This document shows, in pieces, positions 8,394 to 15,975 of a stretch of 42,682 bases of DNA (position 1 is its first letter; the number at the start of each line of letters is the position of its first letter). A program made the position numbers and the translations under genes. The notes beneath the pieces are model-generated. The model was given only the letters and a program-made list of their open reading frames with translations, was not told where the DNA came from and searched no databases. The stretch spans positions 1-42,682 of the forward strand of contig JAKLEG010000003.1 in NCBI GenBank assembly GCA_022703175.1, given 5' to 3'. Source of the DNA: Myxococcota bacterium (GTDB lineage Bacteria; Myxococcota; XYA12-FULL-58-9).

Positions 8394-10193
8394 TTACTCC
8401 TTTTCCATGTTGACGAACGGGCTTGTGCACTGCGGATCCCGCGTCGGATAGGCCGGGTTGGGAGCGCCAGTAGGCAAGAACTCGGCCTGGAAGTCGATAA
8501 AGCCATCGCCATCGTTATCCACGCCGTCATTGCACTGCGCAGGTTTACTCTCGTCGCGGCGGCGCATACCGTCAATCGCGCTGGGCTCACCCGTCGTACA
8601 GGCACGATCGGGGAGCATGTCTCCCGCATCGGTGAAGACGCCGTTCTTGTTGAGGTCGATACCGGCCCAATCGGCGGTACCATCGCCGTCGTTATCAACA
8701 CCGTCGGCGCATTGCGGCTTCACGCTTTCGTCGTAACCCGCGGCCGACAAGCAACCTGGATCTGGCGGCATTTCGCCGGGCTGGTCGAACAGGCCGTCGA
8801 AGTTCAGATCGATGCCGGCGTAGTCAGCGCGACCGTCGCCATCGTTATCGGCGCCATCGTTGCATACCGGATCCAGTCGCTCCCACACATAACCTGCGCC
8901 ACACGCGGGATCGGCGGCGGACACACCCGTCACACCACTGTCAATCTTGCCGTCGCCATCGTTATCGACACCATCAGCGCAGTCGCCAGTGCTCGTGCCC
9001 TCGCTGCCTTCGGTGTCATCGGTGTAGCTCGAACAGCCCGGATCCAACGGATAGTCGATGAAACCATCGCCGTCGTTATCGAGGTTGTCGGCACAAGCGC
9101 TGTTGCTGTTTTCGCTACCTTCGAAATAGAGGCAATCCGGATCCTCCGGGTAGTCGATCAGACCGTCATTGTCGTTGTCGAGGCCATCGGCGCAGGTGGA
9201 CGATTCGTTGCCGTCTTCGGATGAAGAGCAACCCAAGTCGCCGGGGAAGTCGACCGTGCCGTCTTGATCGTTGTCCAGGCCATCGCTGCAGGCTGGTTGC
9301 GACTCACTGCTGTCCCACACGCTGGCGCAACCGAGGTCGTCGGGATAATCAATGCGGCCATCGCCGTCGTTGTCACGCCCGTCCGAGCAGGCGGGGTTCG
9401 CTTCATCGTCGTCGAAACGGCTCACACAGCCCGGATCGGCTGGGTAGTCGGCCACGCCATCGAAGTCGTTGTCGACGCCATCATTACAGGCATAGGCCCA
9501 CTCGCGGTCTTGCAGCGCTGACGAGCAGTCGGTGTCTTCCGGGAAGTCCACTTTGCCGTCGCCATCGTTGTCGATCTTGTCCCAACATTGCGGGTTGTTC
9601 TCGGTGTTGTCGCGGCGTGAGCTGCAACCGACATCGGCTGGGTAGTCCACCGCGCCATCGCCGTCGTTGTCCCGACCATCGCTGCAGGCGGGGTCGTTGG
9701 ACTCGCTTGGGTTCGAGCGCACCCAGTTGCCAGCGTTGTCCTGACACGCCGGATCTTGGGCGTCGGCCAAGCCATCACCATCGTTGTCCTTACCATCGGA
9801 GCACTCGGGGTTGGCCTCATCGTTGTCGAGCGTGCCCGGCGAATAATTGCCGTTTTGATCTTGGCAACCCGGGTCGGCGGCATCCGTTAGGCCATCACCA
9901 TCGTTATCTTTGTGGTCAGCACACGCTGGGTCATCGCCTTCTTTGACGCCTTGGTAATTCACCTGGCAGGCAGGATTGGTGGGCGCAAGCCCCGCCGAGG
10001 CTTGGCCGCAGTTACCATACATGGCGTAGTAACGATCGTTCCACGAGGCACACGCCGGGTCGTTGGCATCCAATAAGCCATCGCCATCGTTGTCGATACC
10101 GTCTGTGCACTCGTCGCGTAAGCCGTCACAGGCTGCGAGGGCGGTGATGCCGAGAGACAAAAATCCAATAAAAATGAGCCTTTTCATCATCAT
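8394..10193 (-). CDS. Secreted lipoprotein made of 14 tandem Cys-framed DNDGDG calcium-binding repeats (thrombospondin-type-3-like / MopE-like motif)
   Basis: MMMKRLIFIGFLSLGITALAAC (lipobox LAAC), then 14 copies of C-x-DG-x-DNDGDG-x-x-D-[YF]-P-x-D-x-G-C. Examples: CSDGRDNDGDGAVDYPADVGC, CADGVDNDGDGKID, CNDGVDNDGDGFIDF. 12-nt gap to the upstream gene, 5-nt gap to the downstream gene. Confidence 0.7.
   Translation of the reverse strand: MMMKRLIFIGFLSLGITALAACDGLRDECTDGIDNDGDGLLDANDPACASWNDRYYAMYGNCGQASAGLAPTNPACQVNYQGVKEGDDPACADHKDNDGDGLTDAADPGCQDQNGNYSPGTLDNDEANPECSDGKDNDGDGLADAQDPACQDNAGNWVRSNPSESNDPACSDGRDNDGDGAVDYPADVGCSSRRDNTENNPQCWDKIDNDGDGKVDFPEDTDCSSALQDREWAYACNDGVDNDFDGVADYPADPGCVSRFDDDEANPACSDGRDNDGDGRIDYPDDLGCASVWDSSESQPACSDGLDNDQDGTVDFPGDLGCSSSEDGNESSTCADGLDNDNDGLIDYPEDPDCLYFEGSENSNSACADNLDNDGDGFIDYPLDPGCSSYTDDTEGSEGTSTGDCADGVDNDGDGKIDSGVTGVSAADPACGAGYVWERLDPVCNDGADNDGDGRADYAGIDLNFDGLFDQPGEMPPDPGCLSAAGYDESVKPQCADGVDNDGDGTADWAGIDLNKNGVFTDAGDMLPDRACTTGEPSAIDGMRRRDESKPAQCNDGVDNDGDGFIDFQAEFLPTGAPNPAYPTRDPQCTSPFVNMEKE
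8516..10106 (-). repeat. Coding tandem-repeat array: 14 copies of the DNDGDG Ca-binding module, each about 35-45 codons
   Basis: Counted DND(G/F/Q/N)DG occurrences in the 599-aa translation: 14, each flanked by Cys. Confidence 0.65.
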
Positions 10194-10205
10194 GTTGGCC
10201 CTCGA

Positions 10206-10805
10206 TTAAAGGTAGATGTGGAAGCCCAACGTCCCGGTGCCGGTAACGTTGAGGCCGGCGCTGGTGGCGCCAATGACAAAGGCCGAGCCGGCGTTGTAGG
10301 TGTAGCTTGCCGTAAGGCCATAGCCTCCCATCAGGCTGATGTTCGGGAACCCGAACGCGCCCAGGAACAACTCGGCGCCCAAGAAACCGGTTCCCGACAG
10401 GTCGTGACGGGCCGGCACCGAGTCCTCACCGAAAGAATCTAAAAATCGGTAGGCCAGCCCCAAACGCGCAAACACCACCGAGTAATGGTAGTGGCCCAGC
10501 GCCATCACGTAGCCCAACTCCAGGCCGTAACGCTGCGCTTCCAGGTTGCCCGAGGACAACGCGAAATCGGCGTTAAGATCCAACGCGGTATCGCGGTCCA
10601 TCCAATAGCGGACGCCCAACGGCGCCGTATTGGTAAAATAGCCCAGGCCATAGTGCCCAACCACACCATCAATCGGGCTTAACGCCTTGGCGCCACCCTC
10701 GGCCGCCTCGCCTGCTTTGGCGGAGTCGGTCGATGATTGGGCGTACGCGGGGCTTGCGAGTGTGCTTGCCAGCACCAGGAAACACCAGGTCGCTCTTCTC
10801 AACAT
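10206..10805 (-). CDS. Small outer-membrane beta-barrel-like protein (OmpA-like / OMP_b-brl type) with signal peptide
   Basis: MLRRATWCFLVLASTLASPAYA|QSS signal peptide. The rest is rich in Gly/Tyr/aromatic residues with alternating hydrophobic dyads (LGYVMALGHYHYSVVFARLGLAYRF...GTLGFHIYL), consistent with 8-10 amphipathic beta strands. 199 aa. Confidence 0.45.
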   Translation of the reverse strand: MLRRATWCFLVLASTLASPAYAQSSTDSAKAGEAAEGGAKALSPIDGVVGHYGLGYFTNTAPLGVRYWMDRDTALDLNADFALSSGNLEAQRYGLELGYVMALGHYHYSVVFARLGLAYRFLDSFGEDSVPARHDLSGTGFLGAELFLGAFGFPNISLMGGYGLTASYTYNAGSAFVIGATSAGLNVTGTGTLGFHIYL

Positions 10806-10834
10806 GTCAATGTTGTCCTTTCAGACTGCTTACA

Positions 10835-12028
10835 TCAATCAAGTTCACCACAGTCGATGGCCGTGACCTTCTCGACTTGGCAACAACTCGGGCGGGCGGC
10901 TTTGCCGTCCTTCTTCTCTTGCTCCAGAAGAATTTCTTCCATCGCGCAGGGATACTCGGGGAAGGCTTTGGGCTTCTTCACGCCGACAATCACCTTGAGC
11001 GTACGGCCTGAGCCCGTGGGGGAGTCCTCCCAGCCGCCAGGAATCGCGATCTTGCGCACGACGTGGCCCTTGAACTCCTTGGTGTACAACTGCCGCACCA
11101 GCTTCTTGAGCGGCGCCGGCCCCGCAAGCTCCGGAAAATGCACCGCCGCCAACTCGGCGTTCTGGCTGTCGGTGCAGATCTTTTCGAAGTAGGCGAGCTT
11201 GAAGCGGCCCACCGTAGCGAGCTTGATGTTGTATTCAAGCGCATCTTCGGCCGTCTCGCGCAGACTCTGAAAGGCGGCGCGACATTGCGGCAAATCAACG
11301 TCGCTGAACACGGTGGCTTCAGCGGTGGGTGCCGCCTTGGCAAACGCCCGACGCAAAGCACGAATCGCCGCAGCCCCGCGCTGCAACGTCTCAACTCGAT
11401 CCATCGCCTGTTCCATCGGAATGCGCCACGGCTCGACGGACGCCTTCAACGCGTCGTCGGTGGTCATCTTCTCGTACAATGACATCAAGGGCGCCGAGTC
11501 ATCGAAATCATCCAAGTAGATGCGCTCGGCCGCGCGCGTCGCCTGGCCGTAGAAATCCTTCTCGGCGGTGGTGGCCTTGGCTGGCAGCGCTGGAACCTCG
11601 ATCCGCAACGACGCCAAGGTCTCTTTGGGAGGCTCCAACTTAACCGGCTCCGTCTTGGGCTTGGGCTCAGGCTCCGGTTTGGTGACCCTGGTCGGCTCCG
11701 TCTTGGGTTCGGCCACAGACTCAACCTTGGGCTCAGGTTTCGGTTCGGGCTTGGGCTCGGCCTTGACCACTGGCGCAGGCTTGGTGGAAGGCGTTCCAGC
11801 CGGACGCGACGTTGAGGTCGCGGCTTGCTTCGCGTCAGCCTGCTGCCAAACCAAGGTCACGGGCGGAAAGCCAGCGGCCTGACCGGGCGCAGGCGGCGGC
11901 GCCGGCGCGGCAACATTCGAGGGCAGTTGGATGATGGAGCGCAAGTCACCTTGTTGGGTAGCGCACGCCCAGAGTGCCCCCCCAAGACCGACGCTCAACG
12001 CAAATGTTTGGAGTCCCCGCCTAGCCAC
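10835..12028 (-). CDS. Lipoprotein with long Pro/Glu/Lys-rich (EPKPEPKPEPK) spacer and a C-terminal domain I do not recognise
   Basis: Best start is GTG at 12026-12028, giving MARRGLQTFALSVGLGGALWAC (lipobox LWAC). The ORF track extends to ATG 12082, which adds 18 non-signal-like residues. A spacer of about 55 aa of PEPK/TEP repeats is followed by a roughly 250-aa Cys-containing domain. Confidence 0.5.
   Translation of the reverse strand: MARRGLQTFALSVGLGGALWACATQQGDLRSIIQLPSNVAAPAPPPAPGQAAGFPPVTLVWQQADAKQAATSTSRPAGTPSTKPAPVVKAEPKPEPKPEPKVESVAEPKTEPTRVTKPEPEPKPKTEPVKLEPPKETLASLRIEVPALPAKATTAEKDFYGQATRAAERIYLDDFDDSAPLMSLYEKMTTDDALKASVEPWRIPMEQAMDRVETLQRGAAAIRALRRAFAKAAPTAEATVFSDVDLPQCRAAFQSLRETAEDALEYNIKLATVGRFKLAYFEKICTDSQNAELAAVHFPELAGPAPLKKLVRQLYTKEFKGHVVRKIAIPGGWEDSPTGSGRTLKVIVGVKKPKAFPEYPCAMEEILLEQEKKDGKAARPSCCQVEKVTAIDCGELD
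11578..11746 (-). repeat. Low-complexity coding repeat (EPKPEPKPEPK..., visible as short tandem nucleotide repeats)
   Basis: Read from the translation VVKAEPKPEPKPEPKVESVAEPKTEPTRVTKPEPEPKPKTEPVKLEPPKE. Confidence 0.6.
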
Positions 12029-12154
12029 GTCCGGCAATCTGCTACATCTATGGACCGCTGACAAGGCTTGCCCCCACAACAACTGCGTTACATGCCACGA
12101 CGATCATGACACCGACGGAAGGTCAGCTTGGACACTCCATGCCAAACACGATTG

Positions 12155-12382
12155 CTACTTCTCGCCCGATTTGGCCGGCAACAGGCGCATCAACACGAGC
12201 GTGCTCACCCAGAACAACGACATGAAGACGAAGATCGCGAGCATTGACCAGGCGGAGATTTCGAGCGCGCGCCGGAGCACCACCCCGGTGTCCTGGCCCG
12301 TAGGCAACGCCGACTGCGCTTGGGCCGGAACTGCTGCCAGAACCACGCCAAATGTAAGCCACAGTTTCATCAGAGTTGACAT
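12155..12382 (-). CDS. OadG-family small membrane subunit (gamma/delta-type anchor of Na+-translocating decarboxylases)
   Basis: ATG at 12380-12382 with GGAG 8 nt upstream. The track's longer 12155..12568 form would overlap the beta-subunit gene. 75 aa: signal-like N-terminus (MSTLMKLWLTFGVVLAAVPAQAQS), then a C-terminal TM helix (ISAWSMLAIFVFMSLFWVSTLVLMRLL), as in OadG-family proteins. 23 nt downstream of the beta-subunit gene. Confidence 0.45.
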   Translation of the reverse strand: MSTLMKLWLTFGVVLAAVPAQAQSALPTGQDTGVVLRRALEISAWSMLAIFVFMSLFWVSTLVLMRLLPAKSGEK

Positions 12383-12405
12383 CACGTTGACTCCCGACGT
12401 GCGCG

Positions 12406-13524
12406 CTACGACACCAAAGCCAAAATCAAGCCGCCCGCCACCACCGAGGCGATCTGCCCCCCGACGTTGGCACTCACCGCGTGCATCAGCAGGTGGTTCT
12501 GCTTGTCTTCTTCGAGCCCAAGCTTGTAAACCACCCGCGCCGCCATCGGGAACGCCGAGATGCCGCATGCCCCAATCATTGGGTTGATTTTGTGTTTTAG
12601 GAACAAATTCAGGAGCTTAGCAAACAAGACGCCGCCCACCGTATCAAAAATAAAGGCCACAAGCCCCATGCCTATAATGAGCAGGGTCGAAGACGTCAGG
12701 AAACGCTCGGCCACCATCGTCGAGCCAATGGTGATACCCAAAAGCAATGTCACGATGTTGGCCAACTCGTTTTGCGCCCCCTTGGACAAGCGCTCGACCA
12801 CGCCGGCCTCGCGCAGCAAATTGCCAAACATCAACATGCCGATGAGCGCCGCGGCCGACGGCACAAACAGGCTGGTGACGAGGGTGACCACCAACGGGAA
12901 GGCGATGCGCGTCGCCCGAGATACCGGTTGATACTTGTGGTCCATCCGAATGCGGCGTTCGTGTTTCGTGGTGAGCAACTTGATGACCGGTCGCTGAATG
13001 ATGGGCACAAGAGCCATGTACGAGTAGGCCGCAACCGAAATCGCTCCCAGCAACTCCGGAGCAAAACGTGTGGAGACTACAATGGAGGTCGGCCCGTCGG
13101 CGGCGCCGATGATGCCAATCGATGCGGCTTGTTTGAGTGAGAAACCCGCCAACGCCGCAAAGCACATCGTCGCAAAAATGCCGAACTGCGCGGCGGCCCC
13201 AAACAACAACATCTTGGGGTTTTGCAACAGCGGCGCAAAATCGATCATCGCACCGATGGCCACAAAAATGAGCAACGGAAACAGCTCGGTGATAATGCCG
13301 GCGCGGAACAGAATCGACAAAACCCCGTGCCCCGAGGCCTGATCGATCGCGGCCGAAAACGGGATGTTGACCAAAATGGCGCCAAAGCCAATCGGCAACA
13401 ACAGCGTCGGCTCATACTCCTTGGCGATCGCCAAGTAGATAAGAATGAGGCCCACAAGCACCATCACGCCGTGCTGCCAGGTGAAACCAGAGATGCCGAC
13501 AAACAGTTCGGAGAGCGAGGCCAC
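12406..13524 (-). CDS. Na+-translocating decarboxylase beta subunit (OadB/MmdB/GcdB family integral membrane Na+ pump)
   Basis: GTG start with AAGGAG 7 nt upstream. 372 aa, polytopic. N-terminus MASLSELFVGISGF...LIYLAIAKEYEPTLLLPIGFGAILVNIP carries the family-defining EP(L/T)LLLPIGFG motif. Length and hydropathy fit OadB/MmdB. Confidence 0.75.
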   Translation of the reverse strand: MASLSELFVGISGFTWQHGVMVLVGLILIYLAIAKEYEPTLLLPIGFGAILVNIPFSAAIDQASGHGVLSILFRAGIITELFPLLIFVAIGAMIDFAPLLQNPKMLLFGAAAQFGIFATMCFAALAGFSLKQAASIGIIGAADGPTSIVVSTRFAPELLGAISVAAYSYMALVPIIQRPVIKLLTTKHERRIRMDHKYQPVSRATRIAFPLVVTLVTSLFVPSAAALIGMLMFGNLLREAGVVERLSKGAQNELANIVTLLLGITIGSTMVAERFLTSSTLLIIGMGLVAFIFDTVGGVLFAKLLNLFLKHKINPMIGACGISAFPMAARVVYKLGLEEDKQNHLLMHAVSANVGGQIASVVAGGLILALVS

Positions 13525-13635
13525 GACGGGGCTCCTTGATAAAACCAGGTCGAGCCGTTAGGCTCGCGCGGACTTTACCGGCAGGCCGTGCAAGCTGCAA
13601 GCACACCCCCCAAACCTGCAGGCGTAAAGTCATAC

Positions 13636-13652
13636 CGACATCGTCGACATCG
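13636..13652. promoter_or_regulatory. Tandem direct repeat CGACATCG-T-CGACATCG (contains a SalI-like GTCGAC core) in the divergent promoter region, about 27 nt upstream of the carboxyltransferase start
   Basis: Seen directly in the 154-bp intergenic region between the beta-subunit gene (minus) and the alpha-subunit gene (plus). Candidate operator for coordinated control of both operons. Confidence 0.25.
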
Positions 13653-13678
13653 GTCGCGATGCGTGAAGGAGTTCCAGC

Positions 13679-15241
13679 ATGCCTGAGGCCAAGGCGGATG
13701 CCCCCAAAACCGCCCTCGACGAATTGCGGCGCCGCAAGAAGGCCGCTCGCTTAGGCGGTGGTGAAGCGCGACTACAAAAGCATCGCGCCCAGGGCAAGCT
13801 CACCGCGCGCGAACGGGTCGACTTGCTGCTCGACCGCGATAGCTTCCAAGAGCAACATCTGTTTGCTCGGCATCGCTGCACCTTCTTCGATATGGCCGAC
13901 AAGGAGTTGGCAGCCGACGGTGTCATCACGGGTACCGGCACCATCGATGGGCGAGTGGTCCAGGTGGCCAGCCAGGATTTCACGGTGGCGGGCGGCGCGG
14001 CGGGCGAGACCCACTGCAACAAAATCGTCGAAATGATGAAAGCCTCGATGAAGACTGGGAATCCGTTTGTCTTCATCAACGACTCAGGGGGCGCACGTGT
14101 CCAAGAGGGCGTCGATTCATTGTCGGGCTACGGTCGGGTGTTTCATGCCAACGTGATGCTGTCGGGCGTGGTGCCGCAGATCGCGGTGATTTGTGGGCCG
14201 TGCGCCGGCGGCGCCGCCTACAGTCCGGCGCTGACTGACTTCATCATTCAAACCAAACAAGCGCTGATGTTCATCACCGGGCCGCAGGTCATCAAAGAGG
14301 TCACGGGCGAAGAGATCAGCGCCGAGGCGTTGGGCGGGCCCGACGCACATATGCAAAAGAGCGGAGTCGTGCACTTTGTCGCCGACGACGACAGCGATGC
14401 GATGCGTATCTGCAAACGGCTGTTGAGCTTTTTGCCCGCCAACAACCGCGAAGATCCGCCGCACTTTCCGGCCGAGGACGCGATTGCGTACGACGACAGC
14501 CTGAATACCCTGATCCCTGACAACCCCCGCAAGCCGTACGACATGCTCACCGTGATTCACAGAGTCGTGGATCGCGGCGACTTTATGGAGGTGCAAGAGG
14601 GCTTCGCAAAGAACATCATCGTAGGCTTTGGCCGAGTGCTCGGGCGCACGGTGGGTGTGATTGCCAACCAGCCCAACGTCTCGGCGGGCGTTTTGGACAT
14701 CGACGCCTCTGACAAAGCGGCGCGCTTCATTCGCTTCTGCAACGCCTTCAACGTACCGCTGCTGAACTTTGTAGACGTGCCTGGCTTTTTGCCCGGCATC
14801 AAACAGGAATATGGCGGCATCATTCGCCACGGCGCCAAAATGCTCTTCGCCTACTCGGCCGCGACCGTGCCAAAGGTCACTGTGGTGGTACGCAAAGCCT
14901 ATGGGGGCGCCTACTTAGCGATGTGCAGCAAAGACCTAGGCGCCGATCGCGTGGTGGCCTGGCCGTCGGCGGAAATTGCGGTGATGGGAGCCGAAGGCGC
15001 GGTGAGTGTGGTGTTCCGCAAGGAAATAGAACACGCGGAAAACCGCGCGGAAAAACGTCAGGCGATGATCGACTTGTACCGGGAGACCTTCTGTTCGCCG
15101 TACGTCGCGGCCAGCCGGCTGCTCGTAGATGATGTGATTGAACCGGGAGAGACCCGCCAATACGTCGCGTTGGCTCTAGAAGCCTTGGTCACCAAGCGCG
15201 AGCTTAGGCCGCCGAAGAAACATGGCCTGATTCCACTCTAA
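13679..15241 (+). CDS. Carboxyltransferase (12S-type) alpha subunit of a biotin-dependent acyl-CoA decarboxylase. Methylmalonyl-CoA decarboxylase MmdA-like; the propionyl-CoA carboxylase beta chain family is the alternative
   Basis: AAGGAG 7 nt upstream of ATG. 520 aa with both carboxyltransferase halves: ...VVQVASQDFTVAGGAAGETHCNKI...FINDSGGARVQEG...ICGPCAGGAAYSPALTDF..., then GRTVGVIANQP...VVRKAYGGAYLAMCSK...AWPSAEIAVMGAEGAV. Placed divergently from the OadB-like pump subunit. Confidence 0.8.
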   Translation: MPEAKADAPKTALDELRRRKKAARLGGGEARLQKHRAQGKLTARERVDLLLDRDSFQEQHLFARHRCTFFDMADKELAADGVITGTGTIDGRVVQVASQDFTVAGGAAGETHCNKIVEMMKASMKTGNPFVFINDSGGARVQEGVDSLSGYGRVFHANVMLSGVVPQIAVICGPCAGGAAYSPALTDFIIQTKQALMFITGPQVIKEVTGEEISAEALGGPDAHMQKSGVVHFVADDDSDAMRICKRLLSFLPANNREDPPHFPAEDAIAYDDSLNTLIPDNPRKPYDMLTVIHRVVDRGDFMEVQEGFAKNIIVGFGRVLGRTVGVIANQPNVSAGVLDIDASDKAARFIRFCNAFNVPLLNFVDVPGFLPGIKQEYGGIIRHGAKMLFAYSAATVPKVTVVVRKAYGGAYLAMCSKDLGADRVVAWPSAEIAVMGAEGAVSVVFRKEIEHAENRAEKRQAMIDLYRETFCSPYVAASRLLVDDVIEPGETRQYVALALEALVTKRELRPPKKHGLIPL

Positions 15242-15253
15242 AGGAGGCGACCA

Positions 15254-15478
15254 ATGCTGAGCTTTTTGAAGAAACTCGTCGCCGCACCGCCTGAGGCAGC
15301 CCCGGCAGAGTCGCCTGTGGAGCCCTTTTTACTGGTGCTGTTCACCGCCGCCATAGCCGCCGCGGTGCAGCGACCGGTGCGCATCCGCCACATCACGATT
15401 CGACAAGCCTCAGTGGAACACCACCCCTGGTCCGACGGGGGTCGACAATCACTGCACCACTCGCACGGTCGCAACTAA
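15254..15478 (+). CDS. Small subunit of the (de)carboxylase complex (epsilon-like / OadG-like; one hydrophobic helix)
   Basis: Strong AGGAGG 6 nt upstream of ATG 15254, 12 nt after the alpha-subunit stop. 74 aa: MLSFLKKLVAAPPEAAPAESPVEPFLLVLFTAAIAAAVQRPVRIRHITIRQ.... Position between the alpha and biotin-carrier genes mirrors mmdA-D/E-C layouts. Confidence 0.35.
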   Translation: MLSFLKKLVAAPPEAAPAESPVEPFLLVLFTAAIAAAVQRPVRIRHITIRQASVEHHPWSDGGRQSLHHSHGRN

Positions 15479-15495
15479 CGGAGTCGAAAGAGATC

Positions 15496-15897
15496 ATGAA
15501 GGTTAGAATCACGTATCAAGGCACCGCCTACGAGCTCGATGTTGAAATCCTGGAGGCCCACGACCAGCCACATGTCCCCGTGGCCGCAGCAAATGCGCCG
15601 CCGCCCGCAGTTCCAGCCCCGCAAACTGCCGCCAGCCTTGCGCCCACGCCCAAGGTAAGCAAACCAACGACGGGTGACACTTTGGGTCGCACCGTGAATT
15701 CGCCCATGGCGGGGGTGGTGTTGGCCATCAAGGTGAAACCTGGCGACCAAGTGGCTGAAGGCCAAGATGTGGTCACGCTTGAAGCGATGAAGATGGAGAC
15801 CTCCATCGTGTCGCCCTACAGCGGCACCGTGAAGGCGATTCTGGTGGAACCACGCCAAGGCGTGGGCTCCGACGAGCCTTTGATTCAGTTCGAGTAA
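15496..15897 (+). CDS. Biotin carboxyl carrier subunit (biotinyl domain; MmdC/GcdC/OadA-C-terminus type)
   Basis: 133 aa. Ala/Pro-rich linker, then GDQVAEGQDVVTLEAMKMETSIVSPYSGTVKAI with the biotinylation motif E-A-M-K-M. Confidence 0.8.
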   Translation: MKVRITYQGTAYELDVEILEAHDQPHVPVAAANAPPPAVPAPQTAASLAPTPKVSKPTTGDTLGRTVNSPMAGVVLAIKVKPGDQVAEGQDVVTLEAMKMETSIVSPYSGTVKAILVEPRQGVGSDEPLIQFE

Positions 15898-15912
15898 CCA
15901 CATCTCCGCCGG

Positions 15913-15932
15913 CCCTGGCGCTGCCAGGGTTT
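15913..15932. terminator. Candidate bidirectional intrinsic terminator between convergent genes
   Basis: CCCTGGC-gct-GCCAGGG (7-bp stem) followed by TTTG on the plus strand. The minus-strand view places the hairpin after CAAA. Lies between the biotin carrier gene (+) and the DUF4382 lipoprotein gene (-). Confidence 0.35.
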
Positions 15933-15975
15933 GAGCCACTACCCTTTGATGACCATGAGGCTCGTGGCAGAGCAG

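Noticed and set aside
8310-9946. Plus-strand ORFs 8310..9224 and 9221..9946 antisense to the DNDGDG-repeat gene
   Set aside because: These are antisense artefacts of the repetitive GAC/GGC-rich coding sequence, with Ile/Val/Ala or Arg/Cys/His-rich nonsense translations.
10835-12028. TonB identity for the PEPK-spacer protein
   Set aside because: The EP/KP spacer resembles TonB, but the protein has a lipobox signal peptide rather than an N-terminal TM anchor with SHLS motif. Its roughly 250-aa Cys-containing C-terminal domain does not resemble the roughly 90-aa TonB C-terminal domain.
12029-12082. N-terminal extension of the PEPK lipoprotein to ATG 12082
   Set aside because: It adds MLWGQALSAVHRCSRLPD before an otherwise perfect lipoprotein signal peptide. 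The GTG at 12028 yields M-ARRGLQTFALSVGLGGALWAC. I kept this as a stated uncertainty rather than a firm rejection.
12155-12568. Long form (137 aa) of the OadG-like ORF
   Set aside because: The N-terminal 62 residues overlap the beta-subunit gene and are Arg/Gly/Ala junk. An internal ATG with a GGAG RBS gives a clean 75-aa OadG-like protein.
14117-14830. Minus-strand ORF antisense to the carboxyltransferase gene, and other short antisense ORFs (14248..14550, 14557..14838, 14936..15160)
   Set aside because: They are contained within a gene with unambiguous carboxyltransferase motifs and have no RBS.
13679-15241. Interpretation as propionyl-/acetyl-CoA carboxylase beta subunit of an anabolic carboxylase
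   Set aside because: No biotin carboxylase gene is present in the window, and the gene is divergently linked to an OadB/MmdB-type Na+-pump subunit and an OadG-like anchor. The decarboxylase interpretation is better supported, though not proven.
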